Positions 37,372 through 51,036 are shown, counted from the stretch's first letter. The stretch: DNA of 64,000 bases from Octopus sinensis (GCF_006345805.1 NC_043012.1:33790001-33854000); one strand, 5' to 3'. The notes: generated from the sequence alone by a model not told the origin. Made by a program: numbers and translations.

Positions 37372-37803
37372 CATTGCTGGTGGAGCACTAAGAGTACCAT
37401 ACGAGTGAGATCGTTGCCAGAGCAACAAGCTGGCCTTCCTGCCGATGGCCCGTTAAACACACCATTTGAGCGTGATCGTTACCACGCCGCCTTACTAGCA
37501 CTTGTGCTGGTGGCATGTGAAATATTCAAACGAGGTCATCACCAGTGCCACTGAACTGGTTCCTGTGCAGGTGGCACGTAAAAAGCACCATTTGGGCGTG
37601 GCCGTTGCCAGTACCACCAAACTGGCCCTTGTGCCGGTGGCATGTAAAAGCACCCACTACATTCTCGGAGTAGTTGGCATTAGGAAGGGCATCCAGCTAT
37701 AGAAACTCTGCCAGATCAGATTGGAGTCTGGTTCACCAGACCCCGGTTGAACCGTCCAACCCATGCTAGCATGGAAAGCGGACGTTAAATGATGATGATG
37801 ATG
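37372..37803 (+). mobile_element. RTE LINE 3' end
   Basis: About 5 tandem units plus tail. Confidence 0.85.
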
Positions 37804-38984
37804 TTGTGGTGGTGATAGTGGTGGTTGTGGTACTGGTGCTATTGTTACAATTGATATTTAACTTCTATGGTTGAGTAGATTGAAGATTAGAGACATTCCA
37901 ACCATGGCTACCCCATCATTTTTTTTCTTTCTTGACACTGTACATTACCCAATATGTTCCATTTTTTAAGAAAATGATGCATTATTGGAAAGGGTTTTTG
38001 GCTGCTATTTATTGTGTGTCAAGTAACCATGTAGAAGCTTTCCCATTGGCTTGTAGTCAGTAGTAGTAGTGGTGGTAGCAGTGGAGGTAGCATTTGGAGC
38101 TAACCAACAGCAGCTGATTCTAAGGATGCTTGTCCTAAAATTAAGGATTTGGACAGAGAATTTCTTAAAACCACTGATGTCTTTGACAGGCCCACATGTG
38201 ATAGAAACTTTTTGATTGGTTTCAAATTTTGGCACAAGACCAGCAATTTTAAGGGAGGGCTGCTCTCAGATGAAATGTCTTTATTATTATGTGGTTGCAG
38301 CAGATGAAGTACCAAGTGCCTACAGTAATGAAATACTATGACACCCATACATGAGTTATGATGGGACATAGTTGGGATTATCTGATCCGTCTTTCACTGA
38401 AGTACTGTCACAATCCGGGAGAGGATCTTGCTATACAGGTGTATGTCTTTGTCATCAGGAGAGCCCTGGAAATAGGGATCGTTGTCAAAGAAAATGTCAG
38501 TGACATGGATTTGTTTTAAGGGAACCTTAACTTGCCAGGAAGTGACCCACACACTTGATTTCGTGACCTTCCTCTTATATGGAATGAGAACCTGCAGGAT
38601 CCAGTTATGAAACTGCAACGAACTACTGCTGACCTGGTTATAGTTTTGAGTAGCACCTTCTGTAGGATGTCCATCGTGCATGATCCTCTTCATCTCCTGG
38701 TTCAACTGTTGAGGTCTGCTGTAATCATAACTACTTGTTCCGCTGTTAGGGCCTTTGGGGGTTGGTTGTGCTTAGTCTGGGTCCTTATCTTCAACCTTGC
38801 TGCCAAGGGTGGCCTACAAGGAGTTTAGAACTCCTGACTGCATCGCTCTCAGTGTCATTGGTCCACGACAAGGAGTGACCACCAGAGGGGTGAAATAGTG
38901 ATACGATATTGGTTAAAGGATAAAGGAAGGGAGGAAGCAGAGCAAGTGCTCATAGTTAATAACCATGTGTGTGTGAATTTCTTT

Positions 38985-39345
38985 ATATCATCATCTTTAT
39001 TTAGCATCCATTGTCCATGCTGGCATGGGTTGGGTGGTTTAGCTGGAAGGTGGCAGTTGATGCATGGTTTCTATGGCTCCTGCCCTTCCTGATGCCAACC
39101 ACTCCGAGAGTATAATGGGTGCTTTTATGTGCCATTTGTGTGATACCAGTATCTGCCATGATTGCGATTTTGCTTGGCTTGATGGGTCTTCTTCTCAAGC
39201 GCAACAAAATATCAAAGGTCTCAGTCATTGCCCCTGTGAGGCCCAACACTTGAAAGGAGCCTTTCATGTACAACTGGCATAGGCACTTTGCCTCCATGAG
39301 ACCCAACACTCAAACAGTGCTTTTTATGTGCCACCAGCATGGCAT
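38985..39345 (-). mobile_element. Older RTE-family 3' end
   Basis: Diverged tail (gcccttcctgatgccaaccactcc). Confidence 0.65.
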
Positions 39346-39596
39346 ATGTATATATATATATATATCCATAAGTTCAGCAAAATTTAGATTCAGATGAATA
39401 TGGTACTTAAGTTAAAGGCACCAGAATTTTGTATGGTATTATCCATATAAATCCATGGGGTGATTATAATCAAAATAAGCAACAAGGATATCCAAGGTAG
39501 TGTAGTACAATCATGAAGTAGCATGGAACGATTGTGCTACACTACCTTGGATATCCTTGTTGCTTATTTTGAGTATATATATATATATATATATAT

Positions 39597-40030
39597 ATCA
39601 TCATCATCATTGTTTAACATCCGCCTTCCATGCTAGCATGGGTTGGACGGTTCAACTGGGGTCTGGGAAGCCTGAAGGCTGCACCAGGCCAGTCAGATCT
39701 GGCGGTGTTTCTACAGCTGGATGCCCTTCCTAACGCCAACCACTCTGTGAGTGTAGTGGGTACTTTTTATGTGCCACCGACACAGGTGCCAGACAAGGCT
39801 GGCGAACGGCCACGCTCAGACGGTGATTTTTATGTGCCACCAGCACGGAGGCCAGGCGAGGCTGGCATGGCCTCGATCTGATGGTGTTTGTTACGTGCCA
39901 CCAGCACGGAGGACAGTCGATGCGGTGCTGGCTACGGCCACATTCGGATGGTTCTCTTATGTGCCACCGGCACTGGTACCACAAACTACAAATTCCATTG
40001 ATGTGGATCGATTTCGATTTTGATTTGATT
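39597..40030 (-). mobile_element. RTE LINE 3' end
   Basis: Tail plus 4 tandem units. Confidence 0.85.
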
Positions 40031-41404
40031 CTTTGATTATATATATATATGCATAGAGGTATATTGATACAAACAGGGAAAATAGAACTCAAAATATGAG
40101 TAGATGTATATTTTTATTAATATCTAGCAATAGTAACAGAGTGACTCAAGGTCTGAGAGTTTCGTGTGTTTGATAAGTGCCAATGCATGAAACTCATGGA
40201 CCTTGAGTTACTCTGTTACTTTTGCTAAATATTAATAAATATATATATGTATATCCAGTTCTTTTCTTAGTTTATATGTAATTTTCTAGACGGTGTAATT
40301 TAAAAGATGGTTTTTTCTAATTTTCATATATATATATATATATATATATTATATTATATTATATTATATTATGTGTTGTGTGTATGTTTGTGTTTCCTTG
40401 CCTTGACATCACACGATTGTTGTAAAATTATCAGACAGGCATATTTTGTGAGAACATGTCTAGACTTGGTGAAATATTACTTTGCTTGGAAACAAGCAAG
40501 ATCTGGCAACAAGAAAGGCATCCAGCCATAGAAAACCTACCTCAATAAACTCCATCTGACTCATGCAAACATGGAAAAGGAGATGTTTAAAATAGATGTT
40601 AAAAGGAGATGTTAAAATCTTAAATAGTTCACAACACAATTGCTTCGACCACTGATGATCTTTCGTTGCTGAGAGACAACCAGGGGTTCAAAATTATTGT
40701 AGTGTGAACTATTAAATTTATAAAAAAAAAAATTACACTTGTATTTTGTATTGAGTACTACATATAAAAGTAATCAACTGCAATTGATCCAATTTCAGTG
40801 AAGTAAGACTAAAAGACGTAAAATTGATTTTGTTTCTGGTTTTCGTATTGGAAATATAAATATGAAGGAGAGGTGTGATCTGTCATAAACAAATGTTTTA
40901 TTTAATAAGTAATATTTGGGTTTGATTGGGATGAAGGTTATGGAACTGTCTAGAATGATGCAACTCACAATTCCCTATGGATCCCAACATATCCATTCCC
41001 AATACATTTCAGGAACCTTGGCCTGGTTTGGCAGACAAAATAAAGTAAATCCTAAAACTGTGTTTGTATGTATATATGTATGTGTGTGCGTAACTATCTG
41101 TATATGTATTTATATATCAAACACTGCAAGTACGCAAGCTCAAACATGCACGCATACAAATGCAAACAGGCACACATGCACACATATGCACGCGCATATA
41201 CGTATGCACATACAGGCCTGAATATACATGCTCACAGGGACTCGTATGCACGGACACACGAACACACATCCACATGCACGACGCAAAGATGCTCTTATGG
41301 AAAGCACACCGCTGCACACATGCATGCACACACTGTGAAAGTATTGCAGGAGAGAAGCTTTAGCTGCCTACGTGACTACTTGATGTCATCAGTTCTTTTG
41401 TTGG

Positions 41405-41690
41405 TAGTAGTAGTAGTGGTGGTGCATACGATGATAGCTGCAGTGGTGGTGGTGGTGGTGGTGGTAGTGATGCAGGTTGTACTTACAGGCAATAGTAACA
41501 GCAGTGGTTGTAGTAGTAATGGTGGTAGTAATGGTAGTAGCAGTAGAAGTAGTGGTGGTGGTAGTGGTGACTAGTGTTTGTAATGTAACGGTGGTGGTAG
41601 TAATGATGATTATGATGGTGTTTGTAGCAGAAGTAGTAGTAGTGGTCATAGTTTTAGTAATGTTAATAATGGCGGTCATAATTTTGTAGT
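41405..41690. repeat. Degenerate (GTA/GTG)n trinucleotide tract
   Basis: Seen directly; source of the poly-V and poly-T ORFs. Confidence 0.9.
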
Positions 41691-41731
41691 GGATGAAGGA
41701 GGCACAGGGCTTAAGGGTAGGGATGTTGTAA

Positions 41732-41963
41732 GGCGGCGAGCTGGCAGAAACGCTAGCACACTGGGCGAAATGCGTAGCCGTATTTCGTCTCCCGTTACGT
41801 TCTGAGTTCAAATTCCGCCGAGGTCGACTTTGCCCTTCATCCTTTCAGGGTCGATAAATTAAGTACCAGTTACGCTCTGGAGTCGATGTAATCGACTTAA
41901 TCCGTTTGTCTGTCCTTGTTTGTCCCCTCTGTGTGTAGCCCTTTTGTGGATAGTAAAGAAATA
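41732..41963 (+). mobile_element. Meta SINE inserted in the head of another tRNA-SINE, 13-bp TSD
   Basis: TSD ggtagggatgttg (41716-41728, 41964-41976). The host B-box ggtttcgattcc follows. Confidence 0.9.
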
Positions 41964-42334
41964 GGTAGGGATGTTGCACTCATCCTCATAAGATAGTGGT
42001 TTCGATTCCTGGACCAAGCATTGTGTTCTTGAGCAATTCCTTTCATTTCACATGGCCAGAATTAGTGATCCTGCAACATCCCATCAAGGGATGGGGAATA
42101 TATACACCACTGAATTTGGAGAAAAGGGCCATTAAGGGCCCATGGTGTAGGAAGGATATTCTGTTTATTTATTTATTTTTTCTTTTAGTAGTTGTAGTAG
42201 TAGTGGTATCAGTTGTTATTGTACTGCATGGTTTGTGTTTTGTTCTTCTTACTCCAACACACTCTTTGTGATGGAACTAGGCCTCTGCACTCAAAAATCT
42301 GACCTCCTCAACATCCACTCACTTAGACACAGAC

Positions 42335-42504
42335 ACACGCATATATGTATATGCATGTATACATGTGTAATTGTATGCATATCTGTGTATATGTGTGTGT
42401 GTGTGTGTATATATATATGTGTGTTATATATATGTGTGTATATACATGTGTATGTGTGTATATATATATGTGTGTGTGTGTTTCTATAGATATATGTGTG
42501 TGTG

Positions 42505-42535
<31 letters not shown>

Positions 42536-42698
42536 ATATATGTGTGTGTGTGTGTGTATATATATGTGTGTGTGTGTGCATATATATATATGTATGTATA
42601 TATATATGTGTGTGTGTGTGTGCATATATATATATGTATGTATATATATATATGTGTGTGTGTATATATATATATATGTATATATATATATGTGTGTG

Positions 42699-42738
<40 letters not shown>

Positions 42739-42776
42739 TGTATATACATACATATACACATTTGTATGTATGTATT
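42335..42776. repeat. (TG)n/(TA)n compound microsatellite
   Basis: Seen directly. Confidence 0.95.
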
Positions 42777-43195
42777 AGGTGTCAGCATGGCTGCGTAGTA
42801 TCAAAGTTCATTAACCAACCACAGGGTTTTTGGATTCAGTCCCACTGTAAGGCAGCTTGGGGCTAAGTCTGTACAATAATCCCACATTAGCCTAAGTCTT
42901 TTCACTTTGCTAGTCGGAGACTGAAAAAAGCCTGTAATATTGTGCATATATATGCGTGTGTGTCTATATGTGTGTATATATATTTGTTGTGAAAGCACAT
43001 GGCCTTGTGATTGAGATGTTGGACTCAGGTACAACATCATTGCTCCGTGATACTTATTCTATCAACCTCAAAATTAGGAAAAGCAAAGTCAACCCTCGTA
43101 GAATTTGAACTCAAAACATAAAGTTTAAGTGCTGCTAAGTATTTCACCTGGCATGCTAATGATTCTGTCAGTTTGCCACCTTTTTTCTGTCTTAA

Positions 43196-43440
43196 TCATC
43201 ATCATCGTTTAACGCCCGCTTTCCATGCTAGCATGGGTTGGACGATTTTGACTGAGGGCTGGCGCACCAGATCGCTGCACCAGGCTCCAATCTTGATCTG
43301 GTAGAGTTTCTACAGCTGGATGCTCTTCCTAATGCCAACCACTCCGAGAGTGTAGTGGGTGCATTTTACGTGTCACTGGCACATGGACCGGTCAGGCAGT
43401 ACTGGCAACGACCTTGCTCGAATCTTTTACACAGGTGCCA
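43196..43440 (-). mobile_element. RTE LINE 3' end
   Basis: Tail plus 1-2 units. Confidence 0.85.
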
Positions 43441-43588
43441 AAGTTCTAATTTGACTTATAAAACTGAATAAAAAATTAGGTTGACTTATGAGAATGGATT
43501 CGATATGAGGAAACTACATGGATTTCATCTGGAAAGAAGGGTTCAATCACCAACAGCTGCTCGGAAGAGTCTTGTCCCAAACCAATAC

Positions 43589-43996
43589 TCTCTCTTTTCT
43601 CTTTTACTTGTTTCAGTCATTTGACTGCGGCCATGCTGGAGCACCGCCTTTAGTCGAGCAAATCGACCCTGGGACTTATTCTTTGTAAGCCCAGTACTTA
43701 TTCTATCGGTCTCTTTTGCCGAACTGCTAAGTGACGTGGATGTAAACACACCAGCATCGGTTGTTAAGCAATGCTAGGGGGACAGACACACATACACATA
43801 CATACATATACATATATATATATACATATATACGACAGGCTTCTTTCAGTTTCCATCTACCAAATCCACTCACAAGGCATTGGTCGGCCTGGGGCTATAG
43901 CAGAAGACACTTGCCCAAGATGCCACGCAGTGGGACTGAACCCGGAACCATGTGGATGGTTAGCAAGCTACTTACCACACAGCCACTCCTGCGCCT
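43589..43996 (-). mobile_element. Full-length tRNA-SINE family A
   Basis: - strand head ggcgcaggagtggctgtgtggtaag...ggttcagtccc (A/B boxes), central microsatellite, tail gaaacaagtaaaagag. Confidence 0.92.
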
Positions 43997-44819
43997 ATAA
44001 AGAATGCTTTACAACCAGAGCATATGTAAAAGAATTTCCAAAAATGTTAATTATTCTTAACTGCTTTTCATCTAATTTCTGACTAACTTAAATATAACTC
44101 TCCAGCCAATATCCAGCTTGTTTGCTTCCATTGTTATAATTCTTAGTATTTTGTTTGTCATAAGACATAAAGGTCTCATGGGATGGTGTGAATCTGTGCC
44201 ACAGGCCTGTTGATTATCGTAGTTTAGAAACACTCCTAGGTTTACTCTGATTCCAAATATTTGCCAAGGGTGCTGAGTTTGTGAACCAGGAAGCCATGGA
44301 ATTGCATAAACATAAACTTGCACTTATTAGTACATGCTACTGACAATGAGGCAGAAGTGCATAGAAGGTATTCTTACTGGCTGCTGCTACAGGTGGATGA
44401 ATTTCATCAGCTACAGGTATACTTTGTGTTTTTAAATACATACATCCATAAGACACAATGTCTTTGGATGAAAACCACAGATTTACTTTTTCACAATGTA
44501 TTTACATTGAGTATGATACACAGATGGCTGTTTGGTTCTAATACTACTTCTGTTGCATGTAACAGTTACATATATATGTATACATGTGTGTAGGAATGCT
44601 TACATTGTTTCTCTTGTGTTGAAAGAAGTGCATCATGTATATATGTGAAATATATATATACTTCCTTGCTTAGAAACAGGTGTGAGATTGGTGTTAGGAT
44701 GGGCACCCGGCTGTAGAAAAGTCTGCCCTTGCATAATTTTGCCTTATACTTGCAAGCATGGGAAAGTAAACATTAAAACAAAGATGTGTATACATATAAG
44801 TATAGGTATATATGTTATA

Positions 44820-45140
44820 TAAGGCATGTGGTTTAGTGGGTAGGGTATTTGGCTGTCAGTTGTAAGGTCATGAGTTCAATTCCTGGTGGCAGGTTGAGTC
44901 CTTGAGCAAGACACTTTATTTCACATTACTCCAGTCCATTCAGCTGCCAAAAATTTGTAGTACCTGTAATTCAAACGGGGCCAGCCTTGTCACATTTTGT
45001 GTCATGTTCAGTCTCCTTGAGAACTACATTAATGGTACAGATGTTTGTAGAGTGCTCAGGCGCTTACACATTAATTTTGCAAGCATGTTCTTCCATTGAT
45101 CACATCAACTGGAACCCTCATCATCATAACCAATGCTGTG
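44820..45140 (+). mobile_element. tRNA-SINE family D
   Basis: tggtttagtgg / gagttcaattcc boxes; body matches 14415-15016. Confidence 0.8.
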
Positions 45141-45171
45141 TCAGTATATACATATATATCTATATATGTTT

Positions 45172-45787
45172 ATCATTATCATCTTCATCATTGTTTAACA
45201 TCCGTTTTCCATTCTAGCATGGGTTGGACGATTTTGACTGAGGCTGGCAACCAGATGGCTGCACCAGGCTTCAATCTTGATCTGGTAGAGTTTCTACAGC
45301 TGGATGCCCTTCCTAACACCAACCACTCCAAGAGTGTAGTGGGTGCTTTTTATATGCCATTGTCACGGACACCAGTCAGGCGGTACTGGCAACGACCTCG
45401 TCGAACTTTTTACACATGCCAACGGCACAGGTGCCAGTAAGGCGATGCTGGTAACGATCCCGCTGGAATGGTGCCTCCTACATGCTACCGGCACGGAAGC
45501 CAGTTAGCCACTCTAGCAACGATCATGCTCGGATGGTGCTCTTGGCACCCTACTAGCATGGGGCACAGGTGCCAGTAAGGTGATGCTGGTAACGATCCCG
45601 CTCGAATGATGCCTCCTACATGCCACCGGCACGGAAGCCAATTAGCCGCTCTGGCAACGATCACACTCGGATGGTGCTCTTAGCACCCTACTAGCACGGG
45701 GCACAAGTGCCAGTAAGGCGAAGCTGGTAGCGATCACACTCAAATGGTGCCTTTTATGTGCCACTGGCACGGAAGCCAGTTAGCCGC
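45172..45787 (-). mobile_element. RTE LINE 3' end with expanded array
   Basis: Tail plus about 7 units, including a higher-order duplication. Confidence 0.85.
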
Positions 45788-46355
45788 TATATATAAATTA
45801 TATATATATATATATATATATACAGGTATGCGTAACTGCGTTTCTTTGTGTGTAATATATACGCATATGTCTCTGTATGTGTGCATATATTTTTGTTTAT
45901 CCATCTCTGTGTACACACACACACACACACACATATATATACACACACATATACACACACTCATCCGTTACAGTTATATAGCTTCCTCAAAAAGATTGTT
46001 ACTCAAGTTAACAAACCTCAAAATTGTAATATTGGAATAGAAATAATAATTAAATAACAGTTGATAATTATCTGTGTGACATTACCAAATTCTTTTTACT
46101 TTCAAGTTTTGGAATTAATTAACAAGAAAATCAATTTTTCAGTATTTTGAGGTTTTTTGCATTTATATATATTTTTTCTTTCTCGTTTTTTGTTTCTCTT
46201 AAATCCTGATTATTTCTTCATTTATTTATTTATATATTTATTTATTTATTTATTTATAGGTTAGTAAGTCATTATGAACATGAAATTGGTTTTGTATGTT
46301 CAGTGCAGATTGTGGATTGTAAAGTACACACATGTGTGTGTGTTATCAGCAACTC

Positions 46356-46394
<39 letters not shown>

Positions 46395-46532
46395 TGTTTC
46401 AATGTAAGCAGAATATGATGTCATCAACAATCATTTGAAAGACTTTATTAACTGTTATCGTAATATTCTACAACCAATTACGTGCGTGTGTGATGAGATA
46501 TATACATCAGCACTATATACATATATATATAT

Positions 46533-46845
46533 ATCACCGTGATCACCATCACCGACCAGGCTATCAGATGTTGCTACACATCGCTGGTCACAATGCGCTT
46601 TGCATTGTTTTAGCCTTCAACTGACGCCACCCCGCTGGCTAAGCGGGCAGGCCAAAAGAAGAAAGAGTGAGAGAAAGTTGTGGCGAAAGAGTACAGCAGG
46701 TATCGCCACCACTCCCTGCCGGAGCCTTGTGGGGGTTTTAGGTGTTTTCTCTCAATAAACACTCACAACGCCCGGTCTGGGAATCGAAACCGCAATTCTA
46801 CAACCGCGAGTCCGCTGCCCTAAGCACTGGGCCATTGCGCCTCCA
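46533..46845 (-). mobile_element. Full-length tRNA-SINE family E
   Basis: - strand head ggaggcgcaatggcccagtg...ggtttcgattccc, unique body, gtgat-type tail. Confidence 0.8.
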
Positions 46846-47120
46846 TGCACACACACACACACATATGTATATATGTATTTATATATGTATGTATATATGT
46901 GTGTATATATATGTATATATATGTGTGAATATATGTATATAAATACACACACACACACATATATATGTAAGTATAATATATACATATGTGTGTGTATATA
47001 TATGTGTGTGTGTGTTTATATACATCTAATGTATGTATATATGTATGTGTATATATGTATGTAGACCTTTAGAGAATCTATACTAACAAAATTGTCTCAA
47101 TGTAACATATCAACTACTTG

Positions 47121-47175
<55 letters not shown>

Positions 47176-47179
<4 letters not shown>

Positions 47180-47844
47180 TCATCATCGTTTAGCTTCTGC
47201 TTTCTATGCTGGCATGGGTTGGACGATTTGACTGAGGACTGGTGAGCCAGATGGCTGCCCCAGGCTCCAATCTGATCTGGCAGAGTTTCTACAGCTGGAT
47301 TCCTTTCCTAACGCCAACCGCTCTGAGAGTGTAGTGGGTGCTTTTACATGCCACCGGCCCAAGGGCCAGTCAGGCAGTACTGGCAACAGCCATGCTCAGA
47401 TAGTGTTTTTATGTGCCACCTGCAAAGGAGCCAATCCAACGGCAGTGGCAATGACGTCGCTTGAATATTATTTTCACGGGCCACCAGCACAAGTGCCAGT
47501 AAGGCAATGCTGGTAACGATCACACTCGAATGGTGCTTTTTACATGTCACCAGCACGGGAGCCAGTCAGCTGCCCTGGCAATGATCACGCTCAGATGGTG
47601 CCTTTAGTGCTCCACTAGCACGGGTGCCAGTCATGCGGTGCTGTCATCAAATTTGATTTCGATTTCATTTTCACTTGTCTCAACAGGTCTTCGCAAGCAG
47701 AGTTTAGTGTCCAATGAAGGAAAGGTACAGATAAGTGGGCTGATTACACCCCTGACATAGGCCACGGATTATGGTCTCACTTGGCTTGCCAGGTCTTCTC
47801 AAGCACAGCATATTTCTATATATATATTTATTAGTATATATATT

Positions 47845-47881
<37 letters not shown>

Positions 47882-48552
47882 GTATATTTATTTATGGATA
47901 TTTATATATATATATATATATATGTACATATGTGCTTGACCACCTCATCCCATGTCTTCCTGGGTCTACCTCTACCCTGTATTCCTTCAACTGTTTTGGA
48001 GTGGTACTTCTTCACACATCTCTCCTCATCAATCCATAGTACGTGACCATACCAATGCAAACGTCTCTCTTGCATGCCACATCTGATGTGTCTTTTGTCC
48101 AGCATTTCTCTTAGGGCGCTTACACTCTGTCGTGTGTGCACATTGACATTACACATCCAGCAGATCATGCTAGCTTCATTTCTTTCAAGCCTACGCATGT
48201 CCTCTGCAGTCACAGCTCATGTTTCACTGCTATGAAGCATGGCAGTTCGTACACATGGGTCGTACAATCTATCTTTCACTCTGAGCAAGAGACCCTTTGA
48301 CAGCATTAGGGGTTGAGTCTTTCTAAACTTTGCCCAGGCTATTCTTATTCTAGTGGTGACACTCTCTGAGCATCCACCCCCACTACTAACTCGGTCACCT
48401 ACGTAGCGGAAACTACCAACTACTTCTATTTTCTTCCCCTGGAGTGTGATGGAATCTGTTTTCTGAGTATCTGTGGTGTCTATTGCCCCTGTGCATCTGC
48501 CGCACACGAAAGGTATCTTCTCAGTTAATTTTCCTTTGATGTTGCTGCACCT
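47176..48552 (-). mobile_element. RTE LINE 3' 1.4 kb: ORF C-terminus plus 3' UTR array and tail
   Basis: FRYVGD..RIRIAWAKFR..VRTAMLHSSET..RRLHWYGHV..GRGRPRKTW are RTE hallmarks. They run into the tandem-unit UTR, broken only by a TA tract at 47817-47930. Confidence 0.92.
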
Positions 48553-48554
48553 CT

Positions 48555-48610
48555 TATATATATGTATATATGTATGTATATATATGTATATATATTTGTA
48601 TATATTTGTG

Positions 48611-48647
<37 letters not shown>

Positions 48648-48688
48648 ATATATATATGTATATTTATATTTATGTATATATGTGTATG

Positions 48689-48727
<39 letters not shown>

Positions 48728-49069
48728 ATATATATATGTATATTTATATTTATGTATATATGTGTATATATATATACATATATGTATACATATATATATA
48801 CACATTTTCGAGTTCAGGGTTATGCATTCATAGACCAGATAGTCGTGTGTGTGTGCATGTGTGTAAAGTGCATTACATAGACAGGGCAAGGTTCTGTTTT
48901 GGGAAAGGAATAAAAGTGATAAATATTAGTTACTCCCGTCAAGGTCTGAACTTAGAGCATAAGGAATCCTAAGATATAAATATATACGTTTATGTATATG
49001 TATGTTTATGTATATGTGTGTGTGTGTGTGTATATATACATATATATGTACGTAAATATATGTATGTAG

Positions 49070-49111
<42 letters not shown>

Positions 49112-49317
49112 GTATATATGTATATATTTATGTATATATGTATATATTTATGTATATATATATATATTTATGTATATATATGTATATATTTATGTATATA
49201 TATATATATATATATTTATGTATATATATATGTATATATTTATGTATATATATATATATTTGTATATATATATATTATATATATATATTTATTTATATAT
49301 ATATATATATATTTATT

Positions 49318-49372
<55 letters not shown>
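48555..49372. repeat. TA-rich microsatellite blocks
   Basis: Seen directly. Confidence 0.95.
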
Positions 49373-49373
<1 letters not shown>

Positions 49374-50037
49374 AATAAGCACTATATATATTTGTTACAG
49401 CTTTGTGTTTATAAATAAGTCATTCACACACTCACACACACACACTCACACACACACACTCGCAGTTATCTATCTGCGTTTATCTATTTGGTCACCCGCA
49501 TATTTAAACTCTGTTAATGATGCAAGAATTTACTATCTTCCATAAAATACCATATATATATATATGTATACAACTTTTTGGGAAATGATTACACTTACCA
49601 CTGACTATCATTGCCACCAGCATATTCTACCTTTGTTTACAGACTGTAAACAATGAATTTCCAACCAACTTTGCAGGTCTGTTTTCTTATTTACAAATTA
49701 AAATTCCTCTCTTTCTCTCTCTGTCCCATTCTCTCCTTCCCTCTCACTCTCTCTCTCTCTCTCACACACACACAAACACACTAGCACACACACACACACA
49801 AACACACTAGCACACGAACACACGCATGCACATATTCAGGCCTCCAATTTTGTAAGGGAGTAGGCTCTCAATTTTTATTACCTGAAGATTTACCTGCTAT
49901 TATTTTCAGCCTTTTCATAATTTCTGATTTAGTGTCAAGGCCAGCAATTTTGAAGAGAGAGTGTTAGTCAATAACATCTGACACATTCCTTTCCTTCCAC
50001 CCTGTTCTTCATTGGTACTCTATTTTATGGAACCTAG

Positions 50038-50268
50038 GGCGGCAAGCTGGCAGAAACGTTAGCACGCCGGGCAAAATGCGTAGCTGTATTTTGTCTGCCG
50101 TTACATTCTGAGTTTAAATGCCTCCGAGGTCGACTTCTCCTTTCATCCTTTCTGGGTCGATAAATTAAATACCAGTTATGCACTGGGGTCGATATAATCG
50201 ACTTAATCCCTTTGTCTGTCCTTGTTTGTCCCGTCTGTGTTTAGCCCCTTGTGGGTAGTAAAGAAATA
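50038..50268 (+). mobile_element. Meta SINE with TSD
   Basis: TSD tattttatggaacct / tatttaatggaacct. Confidence 0.9.
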
Positions 50269-50449
50269 TATTTAATGGAACCTGGTGGTAGGAAAGGCAA
50301 AGTTGACACATGCAGGATTTGAACTTGGAGTTTAAAGGGCCAAAAAAAACACTACAAACGCTTTAATGCTATTTCTGACAATATCTTTGATTATTGCCAC
50401 AAGGGCGACAAGAGAAGGAGACATTACAGCTGTGTGTGTGTGTTTCTTT

Positions 50450-50680
50450 TATGGCCTGATTCCAACCCAGGCTGAAGCAACAAAGTCCACCCGCCACCCT
50501 TCTTAGCCTATCATCACTGCCCCTTAGGTCCTGGATGCATTCCAGGCCAGTGTCTGCAATCAAGTTGTTGATGTAAGTGTGACGACATTTTCCTTTTCTC
50601 TATATCACCATGAAGTCGGCTCCACAAGACTAACTTGGATGCTTCCAGTCCAGGAGTATACACTCAGTGACCAGATAGTC
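50450..50680 (-). mobile_element. Decayed RTE-type ORF 3' fragment
   Basis: SKLVLW..LIADTGLECIQDLR resembles the end of the element at 32142-32614. Confidence 0.5.
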
Positions 50681-50729
50681 ATGTGTGTGTGTGTGTGTGT
50701 CTGTCTGTTTTGGAAAAGGAATCGTTCGT

Positions 50730-51036
50730 TTGTTGTTTAACGTCCGTTTTCCATGCTAGCATGGGTTGGATGGTTCGACTGGGGTCTGGGAAGCCAGGAG
50801 GCTGCACCAGGCCTAGTCTGGTTAGGCAGCGTTTCTACAACTTGATGCCCTATCTAACACCAACCACTCCATGAGTGTAGTGGGTGCGTTTTACATGCCA
50901 CCGGCACAGGGGCCAGGCGAGGCTGGCAATGGCCACGATCAGTTGGTACTTTTTACATGCCACCGGCATGGTGGCCAGTCGAGGCGACGCTGACAACAGC
51001 CACGTTCGGGTGGTTCCTTTACGTGCCACCGGCACT
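50730..51036 (-). mobile_element. RTE LINE 3' end
   Basis: Tail plus 3 units; truncated at a unit boundary (gtgccaccggcac). Confidence 0.85.

Noticed and set aside
46770-46845. tRNA gene (also other A/B-box heads in the window)
   Set aside because: The heads run directly into SINE bodies and lack a complete cloverleaf.
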